A DNA stretch of 64,000 bases from a virus (taxonomy: Duplodnaviria; Caudoviricetes). Where the stretch lies: positions 4,132 through 68,131 of the IMG/VR virus record IMGVR_UViG_3300028591_000200. One strand, given 5' to 3'. Positions 1-8,941 of this stretch are shown piece after piece. Within the stretch, counting starts at the first letter, position 1, and each line of letters opens with the position of its first letter. The position numbers and the translations under genes are program-made. The notes below the pieces were generated by a model, which did no database searches, had not been told where the DNA came from, and saw nothing but the letters and a program-made list of their open reading frames with translations.

Positions 1-13
1 AAGGGGTAGAAAA

Positions 14-487
14 ATGAATGACGAGCGATTAGCGGAATTAAAAGAAAAATATAAAAATCGAAATTTATTAGAGGAATTAGCATGGGGCATATACTGGAAT
101 CACAGCGGATATACTTCTAAACAAAACGGAGAGTTTTTAAACTGGTTATGCCTGATGGCTTATAGATCCTTGAAAGAAAGACTGCAAGGCGATCTGATAA
201 GCCGTGAGGCTTTAAGAAATACAATCCTAAATGACCACAAGTTAGATGGCTCAAATGCTAATTGGGAAGTTAATCGTATTTTAGTTCATATCGACAATGC
301 TCCGGCAGTTGTTAATGAAAAGTTGACAACTGAAAGATCACAAGGTGAGTGGATAATTGATCAAGAGGAAACTAAAAATACAGTTACTCTTGTAACATAT
401 ACATGTCCTTTTTGTGGTGAGCGACATTGTTGCAAAATGAACTTTTGTGGTAATTGTGGAGCAGAGTTGAAAGGTAAAGAAGAATGA
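14..487 (+). CDS. Phage accessory protein with C-terminal zinc ribbon (ERxQGEW...CxxC...FCxxCGA family)
   Basis: ORF; paralogous module occurs in about 7 genes in the window; ends GKEE at junction motif. Confidence 0.75.
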   Translation: MNDERLAELKEKYKNRNLLEELAWGIYWNHSGYTSKQNGEFLNWLCLMAYRSLKERLQGDLISREALRNTILNDHKLDGSNANWEVNRILVHIDNAPAVVNEKLTTERSQGEWIIDQEETKNTVTLVTYTCPFCGERHCCKMNFCGNCGAELKGKEE

Positions 488-687
488 GCATAACAAAAGA
501 GGACTACATTAAACTCTATAAAGAAACAGGTGTTGGGTGTGCTTTTGAAGAAATTGAACACATGACATATGATGAGGCTAAAGAATACTTATTCACTTGT
601 CCTATCATGGGAGTACCCGAAGATATAGGGCGATTTGAAGAAGAACGAAAAGCGAGATATGAGGCTTGGAGAAAAACGAGAATATGA
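484..687 (+). CDS. Hypothetical phage protein
   Basis: ATGA overlap with upstream gene, SD AAGGT. Confidence 0.7.
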   Translation: MSITKEDYIKLYKETGVGCAFEEIEHMTYDEAKEYLFTCPIMGVPEDIGRFEEERKARYEAWRKTRI

Positions 688-1097
688 GTAAACTGGCAGA
701 TGGGATCAACGACAGATTGATAAATGAATATATTAGCAAAGTCGGGTGCTGTGATGAGTGCTTTGCTTCCACATACTGCACAGTGAATGGATTAAGAGAA
801 ACCCGTGTGCCACAGGACTATTGTGTAAAAAATATAAAAAGATATTTTGGTGATAATACAAAGATGCAGAAAAGAAGAATGACAAAAGAAGAAATAGTAC
901 AGTTAGCGATTGACAATGATTTAATATTTTCTGTATATGATGTTCTGCATGATATAGTTATTGCTCAAATGAACAAGTTACAAGATGAAGTTAATGCGGC
1001 TAATTCTGATTTAAGACTCATTAAGAAGTTTGCAAATGCTAACAAATTAGACACAATTAAACTTATTTTGGAGGAAGAGAATGAAGCTGATAATTGA
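684..1097 (+). CDS. Hypothetical Cys-rich phage protein
   Basis: ORF; ATG 684 preferred over TTG 666. Confidence 0.65.
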   Translation: MSKLADGINDRLINEYISKVGCCDECFASTYCTVNGLRETRVPQDYCVKNIKRYFGDNTKMQKRRMTKEEIVQLAIDNDLIFSVYDVLHDIVIAQMNKLQDEVNAANSDLRLIKKFANANKLDTIKLILEEENEADN

Positions 1098-1326
1098 TAT
1101 TGATGAAGATATGCTTACCGAGGAAGAAATTGAAGCGTGTATTAAACTTGCGAAAACAGATTTTTCTGATGTTACAGTTCTCCCAAAAGGACATGGAAGA
1201 TTGATTGATGCTGATGCTTTAGAGCCAGATTATTATGGTGATTGGAATGGATTGTGCATCACAGAAGATAAATACAAGCAAAGTACCATTGACAAGGCAC
1301 CAACAATTATAGAAGCAGATAAGTGA
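1081..1326 (+). CDS. Phage accessory protein, MKLxIDI / LPKGHGRLIDAD mosaic family
   Basis: Paralogous to 44643-44903 and 47343-47576. Confidence 0.75.
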   Translation: MKLIIDIDEDMLTEEEIEACIKLAKTDFSDVTVLPKGHGRLIDADALEPDYYGDWNGLCITEDKYKQSTIDKAPTIIEADK

Positions 1327-1337
1327 GGTAGATTGAT

Positions 1338-1598
1338 ATGAAACTGATGATTGATATTCCTGATGAAATGTATGATGACATCAAAAACGGATACATTTGT
1401 TCTGAATATGCAGATACACTTATTCAGCTAATTCCAAGTAGCAAACCTTATGAAGAAAGACCACAAGGTGAGTGGCTTTTTACAGAAATTGATGAAAATT
1501 GTCATGTTTACGGTCAATGCTCCGTTTGTAAAGAAAGAAACAGAATTGGTAAGGCTTGTCGTTCTTGCGGAGCAGAAATGAAAGGCGGTGCAGGATGA
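1338..1598 (+). CDS. Phage accessory protein: MKLxIDIP N-module plus zinc ribbon
   Basis: Follows GAGGTAGATTGATATG junction; ERPQGEW...CSVC...CRSCGA. Confidence 0.75.
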   Translation: MKLMIDIPDEMYDDIKNGYICSEYADTLIQLIPSSKPYEERPQGEWLFTEIDENCHVYGQCSVCKERNRIGKACRSCGAEMKGGAG

Positions 1599-1792
1599 AA
1601 GTAGTATTTGAAACAATAGGAGCTTTAATCGTTTCATTGTTCTTAATGGTTGTACCTATTTTATGTGCGTTGTCATTTGCTTATAACTGGTATGTAGGAC
1701 TCAAATTCATTTTGACTGTTGCTTGTTCCGTTGAATGTTTTGGGCTTATGAATTTGTTATGTGAGATAGGGGATAAGCAGGATAAAAAATGA
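1595..1792 (+). CDS. Small membrane protein (2 TM)
   Basis: ATGA overlap; two hydrophobic segments. Confidence 0.65.
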   Translation: MKVVFETIGALIVSLFLMVVPILCALSFAYNWYVGLKFILTVACSVECFGLMNLLCEIGDKQDKK

Positions 1793-1833
1793 AAGGTGGT
1801 ACACAATAATAGTATCTTATGAGGTAAAGAAGA

Positions 1834-1995
1834 ATGAGAATTGAATTTGATGAAGAACAAAAAGGTGGGCATATGGATTGTCCTGCTTTAGAGTGCAAAT
1901 GGAATATAAATGGTATTTGTACTTGTGAAGGTATTATGCCTTGTTTAGATTATGAATATCCGTTATTGAGAGGTAAAGAAGATGACAAAATCTGA
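1834..1995 (+). CDS. Small Cys-rich hypothetical protein
   Basis: Manually translated 53 aa ORF after GAGGTAAAGAAGAATG. Confidence 0.6.
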   Translation: MRIEFDEEQKGGHMDCPALECKWNINGICTCEGIMPCLDYEYPLLRGKEDDKI

Positions 1996-2161
1996 AGAAG
2001 AAATTATCGACTGGGAATTTGAAGAACTGTTACGACATTTCATATCTTCTTATATCAAGTTGACCGGAGGTTTTGATAGTTTTGACACTTCCATAGATAC
2101 TCACCAAGAGATTAAGGAGATCTATGATATTAAGATCACAAGGAGATTGAAAAATGGATAA
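1982..2161 (+). CDS. Hypothetical protein
   Basis: Manually translated 59 aa ORF after junction variant. Confidence 0.55.
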   Translation: MTKSEEEIIDWEFEELLRHFISSYIKLTGGFDSFDTSIDTHQEIKEIYDIKITRRLKNG

Positions 2162-2495
2162 TTTTAATTTTGCACAGCAGGGTTGGCAGTGTCCTATTTG
2201 TAAGAGGGTATATTCCCCATTTACTCCTATGTGCTATTGTTGTGGAGCAGAGGGTACGACAAATACAAGCACTGATAGGGTTATACATCAGAAAGAACCT
2301 CCCCGTTTTACAGAAGAACCTTCAAGTTTTACAAGTGTATTCACAGGGTATGATACTTATACCGCAGAAGATATAAGAACTTGTGATAATTGTAAACACA
2401 ACGCAGGATTACCAAGTCACAACGGAACCAAGGAATACAGCGGAGCTTGCAAGAAATGTGTTGCTAAAGATATGTGGGAGAGGAAGTATGAGTGA
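2154..2495 (+). CDS. Zinc-finger phage protein (GWQCPICKRVYSP)
   Basis: CxxC motifs; SD AGGAG. Confidence 0.7.
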   Translation: MDNFNFAQQGWQCPICKRVYSPFTPMCYCCGAEGTTNTSTDRVIHQKEPPRFTEEPSSFTSVFTGYDTYTAEDIRTCDNCKHNAGLPSHNGTKEYSGACKKCVAKDMWERKYE

Positions 2496-2679
2496 ATTGA
2501 AAATTGTATCAAACGAAGAATATCTACCGCATGAAGTAAGTGAAGTTATCTGTTTGAAGTGTCTACATAGGTGAATAGCCGTTTATCCTTCTCAAACATT
2601 ATTAAAAGAACTTGAATGTATATGTGGTGAAATTGGATATGTTATTAAAACAGGACAAACAATACCTGAAGATAGATAA
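2488..2679 (+). pseudogene. Zinc-ribbon gene interrupted by in-frame TGA (2572-2574): nonsense allele or readthrough
   Basis: Frame reads CLKCLHR*IAVYP...ECICG...DR then TAA at 2677 just before the next junction. Confidence 0.6.
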
Positions 2680-2693
2680 TGAGGTAAAGAAGA

Positions 2694-2876
2694 ATGATAT
2701 GCTATGATTGTAAGGAGTGTAGATATAAATACACGGTTAAGTGTGAAAGCGGTAATGAGTATATTGTTTGTGATAATCAAAAGTGTCAAGAGGAAAAGAA
2801 GCAACTTGTCGGAAATTCCGACAGGTCGATAAAGAAGGTGACAAAGAATGATTATACCAAGACACAAAGAATGTGA
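2694..2876 (+). CDS. Small Cys-rich hypothetical protein
   Basis: Junction motif start. Confidence 0.6.
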   Translation: MICYDCKECRYKYTVKCESGNEYIVCDNQKCQEEKKQLVGNSDRSIKKVTKNDYTKTQRM

Positions 2877-3051
2877 TTTTTGCAACGAGCCTGTTGGAGT
2901 AAATAAGCGTTATTTCAAAATTAAAAGTAAAAATTATCTTGTTGGCTATGCAGGTAGTTGTTCTGATAATAGAACATACCATATGTGCGAAGATTGTATG
3001 CGAGAATTTGCAAAATATCTTCACTCCAAATTGAGAGGTAAAGAAGAATGA
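2848..3051 (+). CDS. Zinc-ribbon hypothetical protein
   Basis: CDFC...CEDC; ends GKEE. Confidence 0.7.
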   Translation: MIIPRHKECDFCNEPVGVNKRYFKIKSKNYLVGYAGSCSDNRTYHMCEDCMREFAKYLHSKLRGKEE

Positions 3052-3251
3052 CACTTGGAGATATGCTTATAACCTTAAGAACACATCAATTTGAGCGTGT
3101 TGAAGTTAGAGATTTTGAGGGAAATGAAATATTTACATGTCCAGTGGATTCAGAAATTATTATCCCATTTAAAGATTGTGATGTTTCTGAATGGTTTCCA
3201 CACGGATCACCCAATAAAGACGCTACACTTACGGTTTACATTAAGAGGTAA
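3048..3251 (+). CDS. Hypothetical protein
   Basis: Junction motif start. Confidence 0.7.
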   Translation: MTLGDMLITLRTHQFERVEVRDFEGNEIFTCPVDSEIIIPFKDCDVSEWFPHGSPNKDATLTVYIKR

Positions 3252-3257
3252 AGAAGA

Positions 3258-3662
3258 ATGAGACTAATTGACGCAGACAATTTGAAATATAAAAACCTTG
3301 CGGAAGTTAATGGCAAATTAACTTATGTCTTAACCGCAGAAGAAATCGACAATGCCCCGACAGTTGCGGTTAATTGCAAAGAATGTGATGGATATGAAGC
3401 AGGACATTCAGCAGGGTTAAAAGACGCAGAAAGACCACAAAGCGAGATTTTTCCTATGGAAATTGTTGCAGGCAAATGCCCGATTGAGGCTGGCGGAAAT
3501 TGCCCGTTAAGACCACAGGGCAAGTGGATCAAGAAAATCGACAATGTTGGTTTTATATCTCATATTTGCTCTGAATGTGGTGCAGAAATCGAAGAGGAAG
3601 ATCCGTGTGATAATAAGTTCTGTTGGAATTGCGGAGCGAAAATGGAGAGTGATGAAGAATGA
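3258..3662 (+). CDS. Mosaic accessory protein: RLIDAD module plus zinc ribbon
   Basis: Shared modules with other array genes. Confidence 0.75.
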   Translation: MRLIDADNLKYKNLAEVNGKLTYVLTAEEIDNAPTVAVNCKECDGYEAGHSAGLKDAERPQSEIFPMEIVAGKCPIEAGGNCPLRPQGKWIKKIDNVGFISHICSECGAEIEEEDPCDNKFCWNCGAKMESDEE

Positions 3663-3892
3663 CAAATAAAGAGGCTATTGAACATCTTAAAGAGCTGAAA
3701 ACATTAAGAATTGAATTTCCGAATGTATTACAAGAGGAGGCTCTCGACCTTGCTATCAAGGCACTTGAAATAATTGATGATGTAAACCATAAGATTTATA
3801 GAAACGAGAATTGTCCTCGAAAGAATAGGTGCTATGATTATCAAGGGTATCATTGTGCTGGCTGTGGCTGGGAAGTAAAGCGTGAGGTATAA
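3659..3892 (+). CDS. Accessory protein with EALDLAIKALE module
   Basis: Module shared at DNA level with 52661-52975. Confidence 0.7.
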   Translation: MTNKEAIEHLKELKTLRIEFPNVLQEEALDLAIKALEIIDDVNHKIYRNENCPRKNRCYDYQGYHCAGCGWEVKREV

Positions 3893-3895
3893 AGA

Positions 3896-4675
3896 ATGAA
3901 ATTTATCTGTCAGGCAAATGCGTTAGATAATCTCAAACTCCTTGCTGATCATAACCAGCATGGCGTTCTTATTGTTGGGGATCCGGGTAGCGGTAAGACA
4001 TACTTGGCAAGAAAATATTCTGAATTTTTAGGTATTCCCGATTTTTACATAATCAATCCAGTTATATCCGACCTGAAAACAATGATTGATACCTGCGTGG
4101 AATCCCAAACCAAAGTTGTCATCTGCATAGAAAATCTTGATGGCGGCGTAATTCAGGCTTCTTATCCCTTACTGAAACTGATTGAAGATTGCCCCAGCTA
4201 CATTTATGTAGTAGTTACTTGTAATAATTTATATGCTATTCCGGACACCATACCAAGCAGATGTGCGGTAGTAACAATGAATCCTGCTACCAAGTCCGAC
4301 CTTGAACAATATGCTAAAGCAAAAGATACTACAGCATATGAGTTTCTGAAAGATAAGAAAGTATGGAAGTGCATTAAGGGATTCGGTGATACCGATATAG
4401 TATTAAAATTCACGCCTGAACATTTAAAATATTTCGATAATTTAGATACCCTGAATTTCACTAAAAATACAGTATCTAATTTATCTTGGACATTACAACA
4501 TTATGAGGATAAGACAGAAACTCCATTACCCTTGGTGATCAGGTATTTAATGCAAAATGTATGCCAAACATATCGGAAAGCCTGTCTTGATTGCCTTAAT
4601 GACCTCAATGAGAATAGGATCTCTAAAAATGCCATTATCAGTAAACTGGTATTTGAATTGAAATATACAGAGTAA
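3896..4675 (+). CDS. Clamp-loader-like AAA+ ATPase (DNA Pol III delta'/gamma-like)
   Basis: Walker A GDPGSGKT; LLKLIEDCP...VVVT..IPDTIPSRC resembles HolB/DnaX LLKxLEEP...L..TI.SRC. Confidence 0.7.
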   Translation: MKFICQANALDNLKLLADHNQHGVLIVGDPGSGKTYLARKYSEFLGIPDFYIINPVISDLKTMIDTCVESQTKVVICIENLDGGVIQASYPLLKLIEDCPSYIYVVVTCNNLYAIPDTIPSRCAVVTMNPATKSDLEQYAKAKDTTAYEFLKDKKVWKCIKGFGDTDIVLKFTPEHLKYFDNLDTLNFTKNTVSNLSWTLQHYEDKTETPLPLVIRYLMQNVCQTYRKACLDCLNDLNENRISKNAIISKLVFELKYTE

Positions 4676-4781
4676 ACTGCTGTAATAATCCGCAATAACC
4701 TTATATCTATATGGACTTAATGATTTAATTGTTATGATACATAAGTATAAGGTTATTTTATTATTTATAAGGGGCATTATT

Positions 4782-5003
4782 ATGAAAAGATATATTAAAA
4801 GTAGTTTTAATCCTAAAACCATAGAGTATGGCGGTTACTTCATTGATCATTATGAGTACGATGATGGTACAGAAGAATTTGTAGTAGATATTGATCTTGC
4901 TGGTGATGGCGATGAGCATTTCTTTGATTCTGAATCTGAAGCTATGGAATTTATTGATGATTTGAACAGAATGGATAATATTAACAAGAAATTAGGTTTC
5001 TAA
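4782..5003 (+). CDS. Small acidic protein with MKRYIKSS leader
   Basis: SD GGGG before ATG 4782; domain resembles the N-terminus of 36876-37190. Confidence 0.75.
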   Translation: MKRYIKSSFNPKTIEYGGYFIDHYEYDDGTEEFVVDIDLAGDGDEHFFDSESEAMEFIDDLNRMDNINKKLGF

Positions 5004-5019
5004 TATAAGGAGAAGATAA

Positions 5020-5427
5020 ATGAGTGGTGGTAGTTTAGATTATTTTTATAGCCAGTTAAATGACCATGTTGGAGATTTCAAAGACAGAGAGCTTGATGAA
5101 CTCGTAGGGGATCTTGCTGAACTATTCCATGTTAGGGAGTGGTATCTGTCCGGTGATTATTGCGAGGGTGAATGGAACGAATCAAGGGATAAGTTTAAGC
5201 AAAAGTGGTTTACTGATGTTAGCAGACAACAAAGAGTAGAACAGGCTTTTGATAATGCCAAAAATGAATTATTACAATCTTTCGGGTTTGAAACCAAATA
5301 TTGTAAGGATTGCAAGCATTGGACTGTTTCTGATAAGCACAAAGAAGGCAGATATGGTAATTGCGAATTTGAGACAGGGTGCTATATGCACAGGTGCGAA
5401 ACTTGTGAGAAGTGGGAGAAGAAGTAA
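5020..5427 (+). CDS. Hypothetical phage protein (MSGGSLDY) with Cys-rich C-terminus
   Basis: SD AGGAG. Confidence 0.75.
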   Translation: MSGGSLDYFYSQLNDHVGDFKDRELDELVGDLAELFHVREWYLSGDYCEGEWNESRDKFKQKWFTDVSRQQRVEQAFDNAKNELLQSFGFETKYCKDCKHWTVSDKHKEGRYGNCEFETGCYMHRCETCEKWEKK

Positions 5428-5500
5428 TATAAGGCTGATAACCTTTTATAGTTACAGTTAAATAATAGTAGATTACTTTTTAATATAAGGAGGTACAACT

Positions 5501-6121
5501 ATGGGTAAATATGGTTCTGATGAGCAGGTAAAATTCTTTTACAATGGCGAATTTTTAGGTGCTTCCGATCCGGAGTACATGGATTGCCGTAGGCTTTATG
5601 ATGTTATGCAATCAGATAAGGTATTGTCAGATTTAATTCTTGAATACTTAAACTCATTTGGTGATCCTATTTATCCTATCTCTGATGAAGAATGGGATGA
5701 GCCTGAAACAGATTCCAGCAAATTAGATATTTGGGATTTATACAATACCTTTATGGATTGGATTAGCCGTGAATACAGAGAATACCCGGAAGATTTTTAT
5801 GTAGACCTTTCTGTACCGAGATCAGGTAAGCATACTTTGGAAATCTTTACGGGTTCCGTAGCAGAAGAAAATGTAGTAGGTTCTAAAAAGATTAAGGCTT
5901 CCAAAGGTGGCAGAACCTATACAGCCCTCTACAATGGGGAGATCTTCGATGTTTCTTCTGATTGTGATACCTTAATTGAGCAATTAAAGGCTGAAATTGA
6001 TGAAGCTATTGCTGACGGTGATGTAGAAAACATTGATTTTGGCGAGTGCTGGGTAGAGGATGACGATGAAGAAGTAATGTATATCGCTGACGGTGATGCC
6101 GATTACGCAGAGTATATTTAA
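5501..6121 (+). CDS. Acidic two-domain protein with internal KKIKAS linker
   Basis: SD GGAGG; C-domain homologous to the C-domain of 26812-27600. Confidence 0.8.
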   Translation: MGKYGSDEQVKFFYNGEFLGASDPEYMDCRRLYDVMQSDKVLSDLILEYLNSFGDPIYPISDEEWDEPETDSSKLDIWDLYNTFMDWISREYREYPEDFYVDLSVPRSGKHTLEIFTGSVAEENVVGSKKIKASKGGRTYTALYNGEIFDVSSDCDTLIEQLKAEIDEAIADGDVENIDFGECWVEDDDEEVMYIADGDADYAEYI

Positions 6122-6125
6122 TTAA

Positions 6126-6677
6126 ATGAAAATTTATATTCGCAACACTTCAAAAATTTATGCAGGAGCATCTTCTAAACCAGAGGGTGCTTCTAATTCA
6201 TTAAAATTCTATCATTATGATGATCGTGAATTTTCGGTTGGAGATGTGATAACTGGAAATTTTTATCCTACACAATTTGATGTTATTAAAGCGGAATACT
6301 CCAAAGTTTGTCCTGAAATTGATGACATAACTAAAGTTTTATATATGTATGACGCCCCAGTAGATGAATCCTTTGAGGTGTATAAGTTTGGCTATGTTGT
6401 TTCTCCGGATTGTTGTTTGCGAAGATTTTCTGATTATTCTTATGTAATGTGTTGTCTGCATATTAACGATATTGTCAGCAAACATTCCGCTTGGGGAGAA
6501 AAGACTTTATCTAATGTAATTTCTGAATACAGTACACTAATGGCTAATGCTTATATTGGGAATCATAATGCTATGAAATCTCTTAAAGATTCCTATAGTG
6601 TAGACATTTCTAATGAAATTGAGTATATCAGCAATAATGGAACTATTGTTTCAGTAATACAAAATCCTGATAAGTGA
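6126..6677 (+). CDS. Leader-bearing protein, possibly Arr-like ADP-ribosyltransferase fold
   Basis: MKIYIR leader; FYHxxxxxFxVGDxIxG loosely resembles the Arr N-terminal motif (weak). Confidence 0.45.
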   Translation: MKIYIRNTSKIYAGASSKPEGASNSLKFYHYDDREFSVGDVITGNFYPTQFDVIKAEYSKVCPEIDDITKVLYMYDAPVDESFEVYKFGYVVSPDCCLRRFSDYSYVMCCLHINDIVSKHSAWGEKTLSNVISEYSTLMANAYIGNHNAMKSLKDSYSVDISNEIEYISNNGTIVSVIQNPDK

Positions 6678-6736
6678 TAAACCTTTTATTTATATGAATT
6701 TATATTTTTTAACTATATAAAGGAGATTATAAGATT

Positions 6737-6970
6737 ATGCGTAGTTTTTATGTTTCAGTAAAAGATTTTATTTATGAAACTGTACCTGCAAATGCCCAGA
6801 TTTTAGTATATAGCAGTATGATGAGTGATCACGGAGAAGTATTATTTGAGGGTACTCCTGATGACTTGTTCGATAATAATAAGCCACTTGCACAAGATTT
6901 TACTTCTTGGCTTATAGATGAGGCTGTGGCAAACAACAATGTCCTTGAAATAGGTTGTTTTAAGAGATGA
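6737..6970 (+). CDS. Hypothetical protein
   Basis: SD AAGGAG within repeated 5' UTR. Confidence 0.7.
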   Translation: MRSFYVSVKDFIYETVPANAQILVYSSMMSDHGEVLFEGTPDDLFDNNKPLAQDFTSWLIDEAVANNNVLEIGCFKR

Positions 6971-7018
6971 TCCAAGATAATATCTTTATAGCAATAATAT
7001 AAAGGAGATTATAAGATT

Positions 7019-7462
7019 ATGAAAAGATATATTAGTGCGGCAAATAGACGGAAACAGCTTATAGATATTACATATTTCTATCAGGAGAATAGAGGTGACG
7101 CACACAGACGGGCGAGCTTTTATTTAGGTATAGGTGCTACATATACTACTAATTTTTACCGTAGACAACCTGATACTGTATGTCAAAACTGGCAACTGGA
7201 ATTTAGAGGGGACAAGATAGTTAATCTGGCTGATGCAGAGATAATAGAAGATTATATATATGCTATCAGTTATATAATCCGAAATCATCGTGATTTATTT
7301 CCGTCAGATGTCGATTTTAGTAGTTGTGGTAGAGCAGATAGGATTTTAGGCATACTGGATAGTCAATATTATGGGATTACTATCTATTTAGATGACAAGT
7401 CTGAATTTGAATTAGTCAGGAATGTTTTATCCGAAGAGGGATTAGTGCTGGAAAAGAAATAA
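7019..7462 (+). CDS. Protein with MKRYISAA leader
   Basis: SD AAGGAG. Confidence 0.75.
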   Translation: MKRYISAANRRKQLIDITYFYQENRGDAHRRASFYLGIGATYTTNFYRRQPDTVCQNWQLEFRGDKIVNLADAEIIEDYIYAISYIIRNHRDLFPSDVDFSSCGRADRILGILDSQYYGITIYLDDKSEFELVRNVLSEEGLVLEKK

Positions 7463-7503
7463 AGATAACATATTTACAATAATATAAAGGAGAATTAAAG
7501 ATT

Positions 7504-7737
7504 ATGCGTTTATCGGAATTACTTAATCTGATGCAGACATCTAGCCACGGCATATATCCTCGTATTTTCATATCTGATTATGGATCTAGTGATGTCAGTG
7601 GTGATTTTGGTTATGTCGATGAGGTACTTGCTCTTGATGACGAGTATGCTTTTTTATTAGATGCAGAAGTAACCCATATAGATTTCGAAAACGGTGTTAA
7701 TGGGGAATTGTATCTTGACATTCAGGTACAGTCATAA
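7504..7737 (+). CDS. Small acidic hypothetical protein
   Basis: SD AAGGAG. Confidence 0.7.
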   Translation: MRLSELLNLMQTSSHGIYPRIFISDYGSSDVSGDFGYVDEVLALDDEYAFLLDAEVTHIDFENGVNGELYLDIQVQS

Positions 7738-7742
7738 TACTT

Positions 7743-8159
7743 ATGTTACAAGATAATGTCTTTACAACAGTAATCCAATCCAGTCAACTCTCTGAAATAC
7801 CTTTGAATACCAAGATATATAATTCAAAGGATTTCAGTGAGATTGTCTGTGTAAAATTACCACCTCAAATGCCAAGAGATATGGAATTATCCGAGATCTA
7901 TAATCTTGAAACTTCGAAGGAACTGGATTTTGCAGACTTCGTAGAAAGAGATGAACAAAGACCTTGGATTGATATTCAGGCAACTATCCTTGACACAATG
8001 ACTGGTCAGCATGTTTATCGAATGACATTTCAGAAACCTGATTGTAAGCTAAAGGCTACCTGCTGGTTCAGTTATATTATTCAGGATAATAATCCGGAGA
8101 AACCATATATCTATATGAACCGAGATGAGGATTCAGGTGGATCCAGTAGTTCGGGGTAA
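7743..8159 (+). CDS. Hypothetical protein (possibly virion-associated)
   Basis: ORF followed by terminator. Confidence 0.7.
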   Translation: MLQDNVFTTVIQSSQLSEIPLNTKIYNSKDFSEIVCVKLPPQMPRDMELSEIYNLETSKELDFADFVERDEQRPWIDIQATILDTMTGQHVYRMTFQKPDCKLKATCWFSYIIQDNNPEKPYIYMNRDEDSGGSSSSG

Positions 8160-8185
8160 TACATGTAACAAATAAAACGCATAAT

Positions 8186-8224
8186 GGGTGGTAGGCTGGA
8201 ATAAACTTACCGCCCTAATTTTTT
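8186..8224 (+). terminator. Rho-independent terminator
   Basis: GGGTGGTAGG / CTTACCGCCC stem then TAATTTTTT. Confidence 0.7.
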
Positions 8225-8239
8225 ATTACGAGGGATTTG

Positions 8240-8875
8240 ATGAAACGCTATATTGTTGCTACAACTATGCCTGATTTTGAAAATCTATATGATTTCAGTA
8301 GTTTTCATCAGCAGATAGATGATACGCTTAAATACTTTCCAAAATTTAAGGAACCTATAAAATCTTCGTTATGTAAGCGGCTGAACAACAAGCCTATAAA
8401 TCAGTTGACACTTGAAGATATTGCGGTTCTTTATACAATGTATTGGACTTGGTATATGGGTGAACGATATAGTCAAGACGGCGATTTTATAAAGTGGCTG
8501 GCAGACGCTTGGGAGTGGCATGAAGAAGATTTTAGATCATGCTATGACTGGGTTCATACCTTTACTTTTCCGTTGACAATTTATAGGGCGGTTACTGATA
8601 AGCAGGAGCTTACCCAAGATATATCCGGAAAATCAAGAGCATGGTCTTGGACTACGGATCCTAATTTGTATTCTGCGGATAATTCCGCTTTTAAGAATTG
8701 CAAGAATGTCTATTCCGCAGAGATAAATGCTAATGTCATATCCAACATATACACTATTTCAAATTTTGTGTCCTATTCCTCTCGCCCTCAATACGGCAGA
8801 TACCCTGAATGTGAAATAACCCTAAAAGACCGATTTAAGATGTCAGATCTACATAATCTGACAAAGATAAAGTAA
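8240..8875 (+). CDS. Putative R-S-E clade ADP-ribosyltransferase with MKRYIVAT leader
   Basis: LTIYRAV (R), WSWTTD (S-x-T), PECEIT (ExE) in canonical order. Confidence 0.65.
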   Translation: MKRYIVATTMPDFENLYDFSSFHQQIDDTLKYFPKFKEPIKSSLCKRLNNKPINQLTLEDIAVLYTMYWTWYMGERYSQDGDFIKWLADAWEWHEEDFRSCYDWVHTFTFPLTIYRAVTDKQELTQDISGKSRAWSWTTDPNLYSADNSAFKNCKNVYSAEINANVISNIYTISNFVSYSSRPQYGRYPECEITLKDRFKMSDLHNLTKIK

Positions 8876-8941
8876 GAGCATAACCTTATATTATAGTAAG
8901 ATATTTATTTATATTTGAATTTTGAGAGGTAGTATCAAAAT

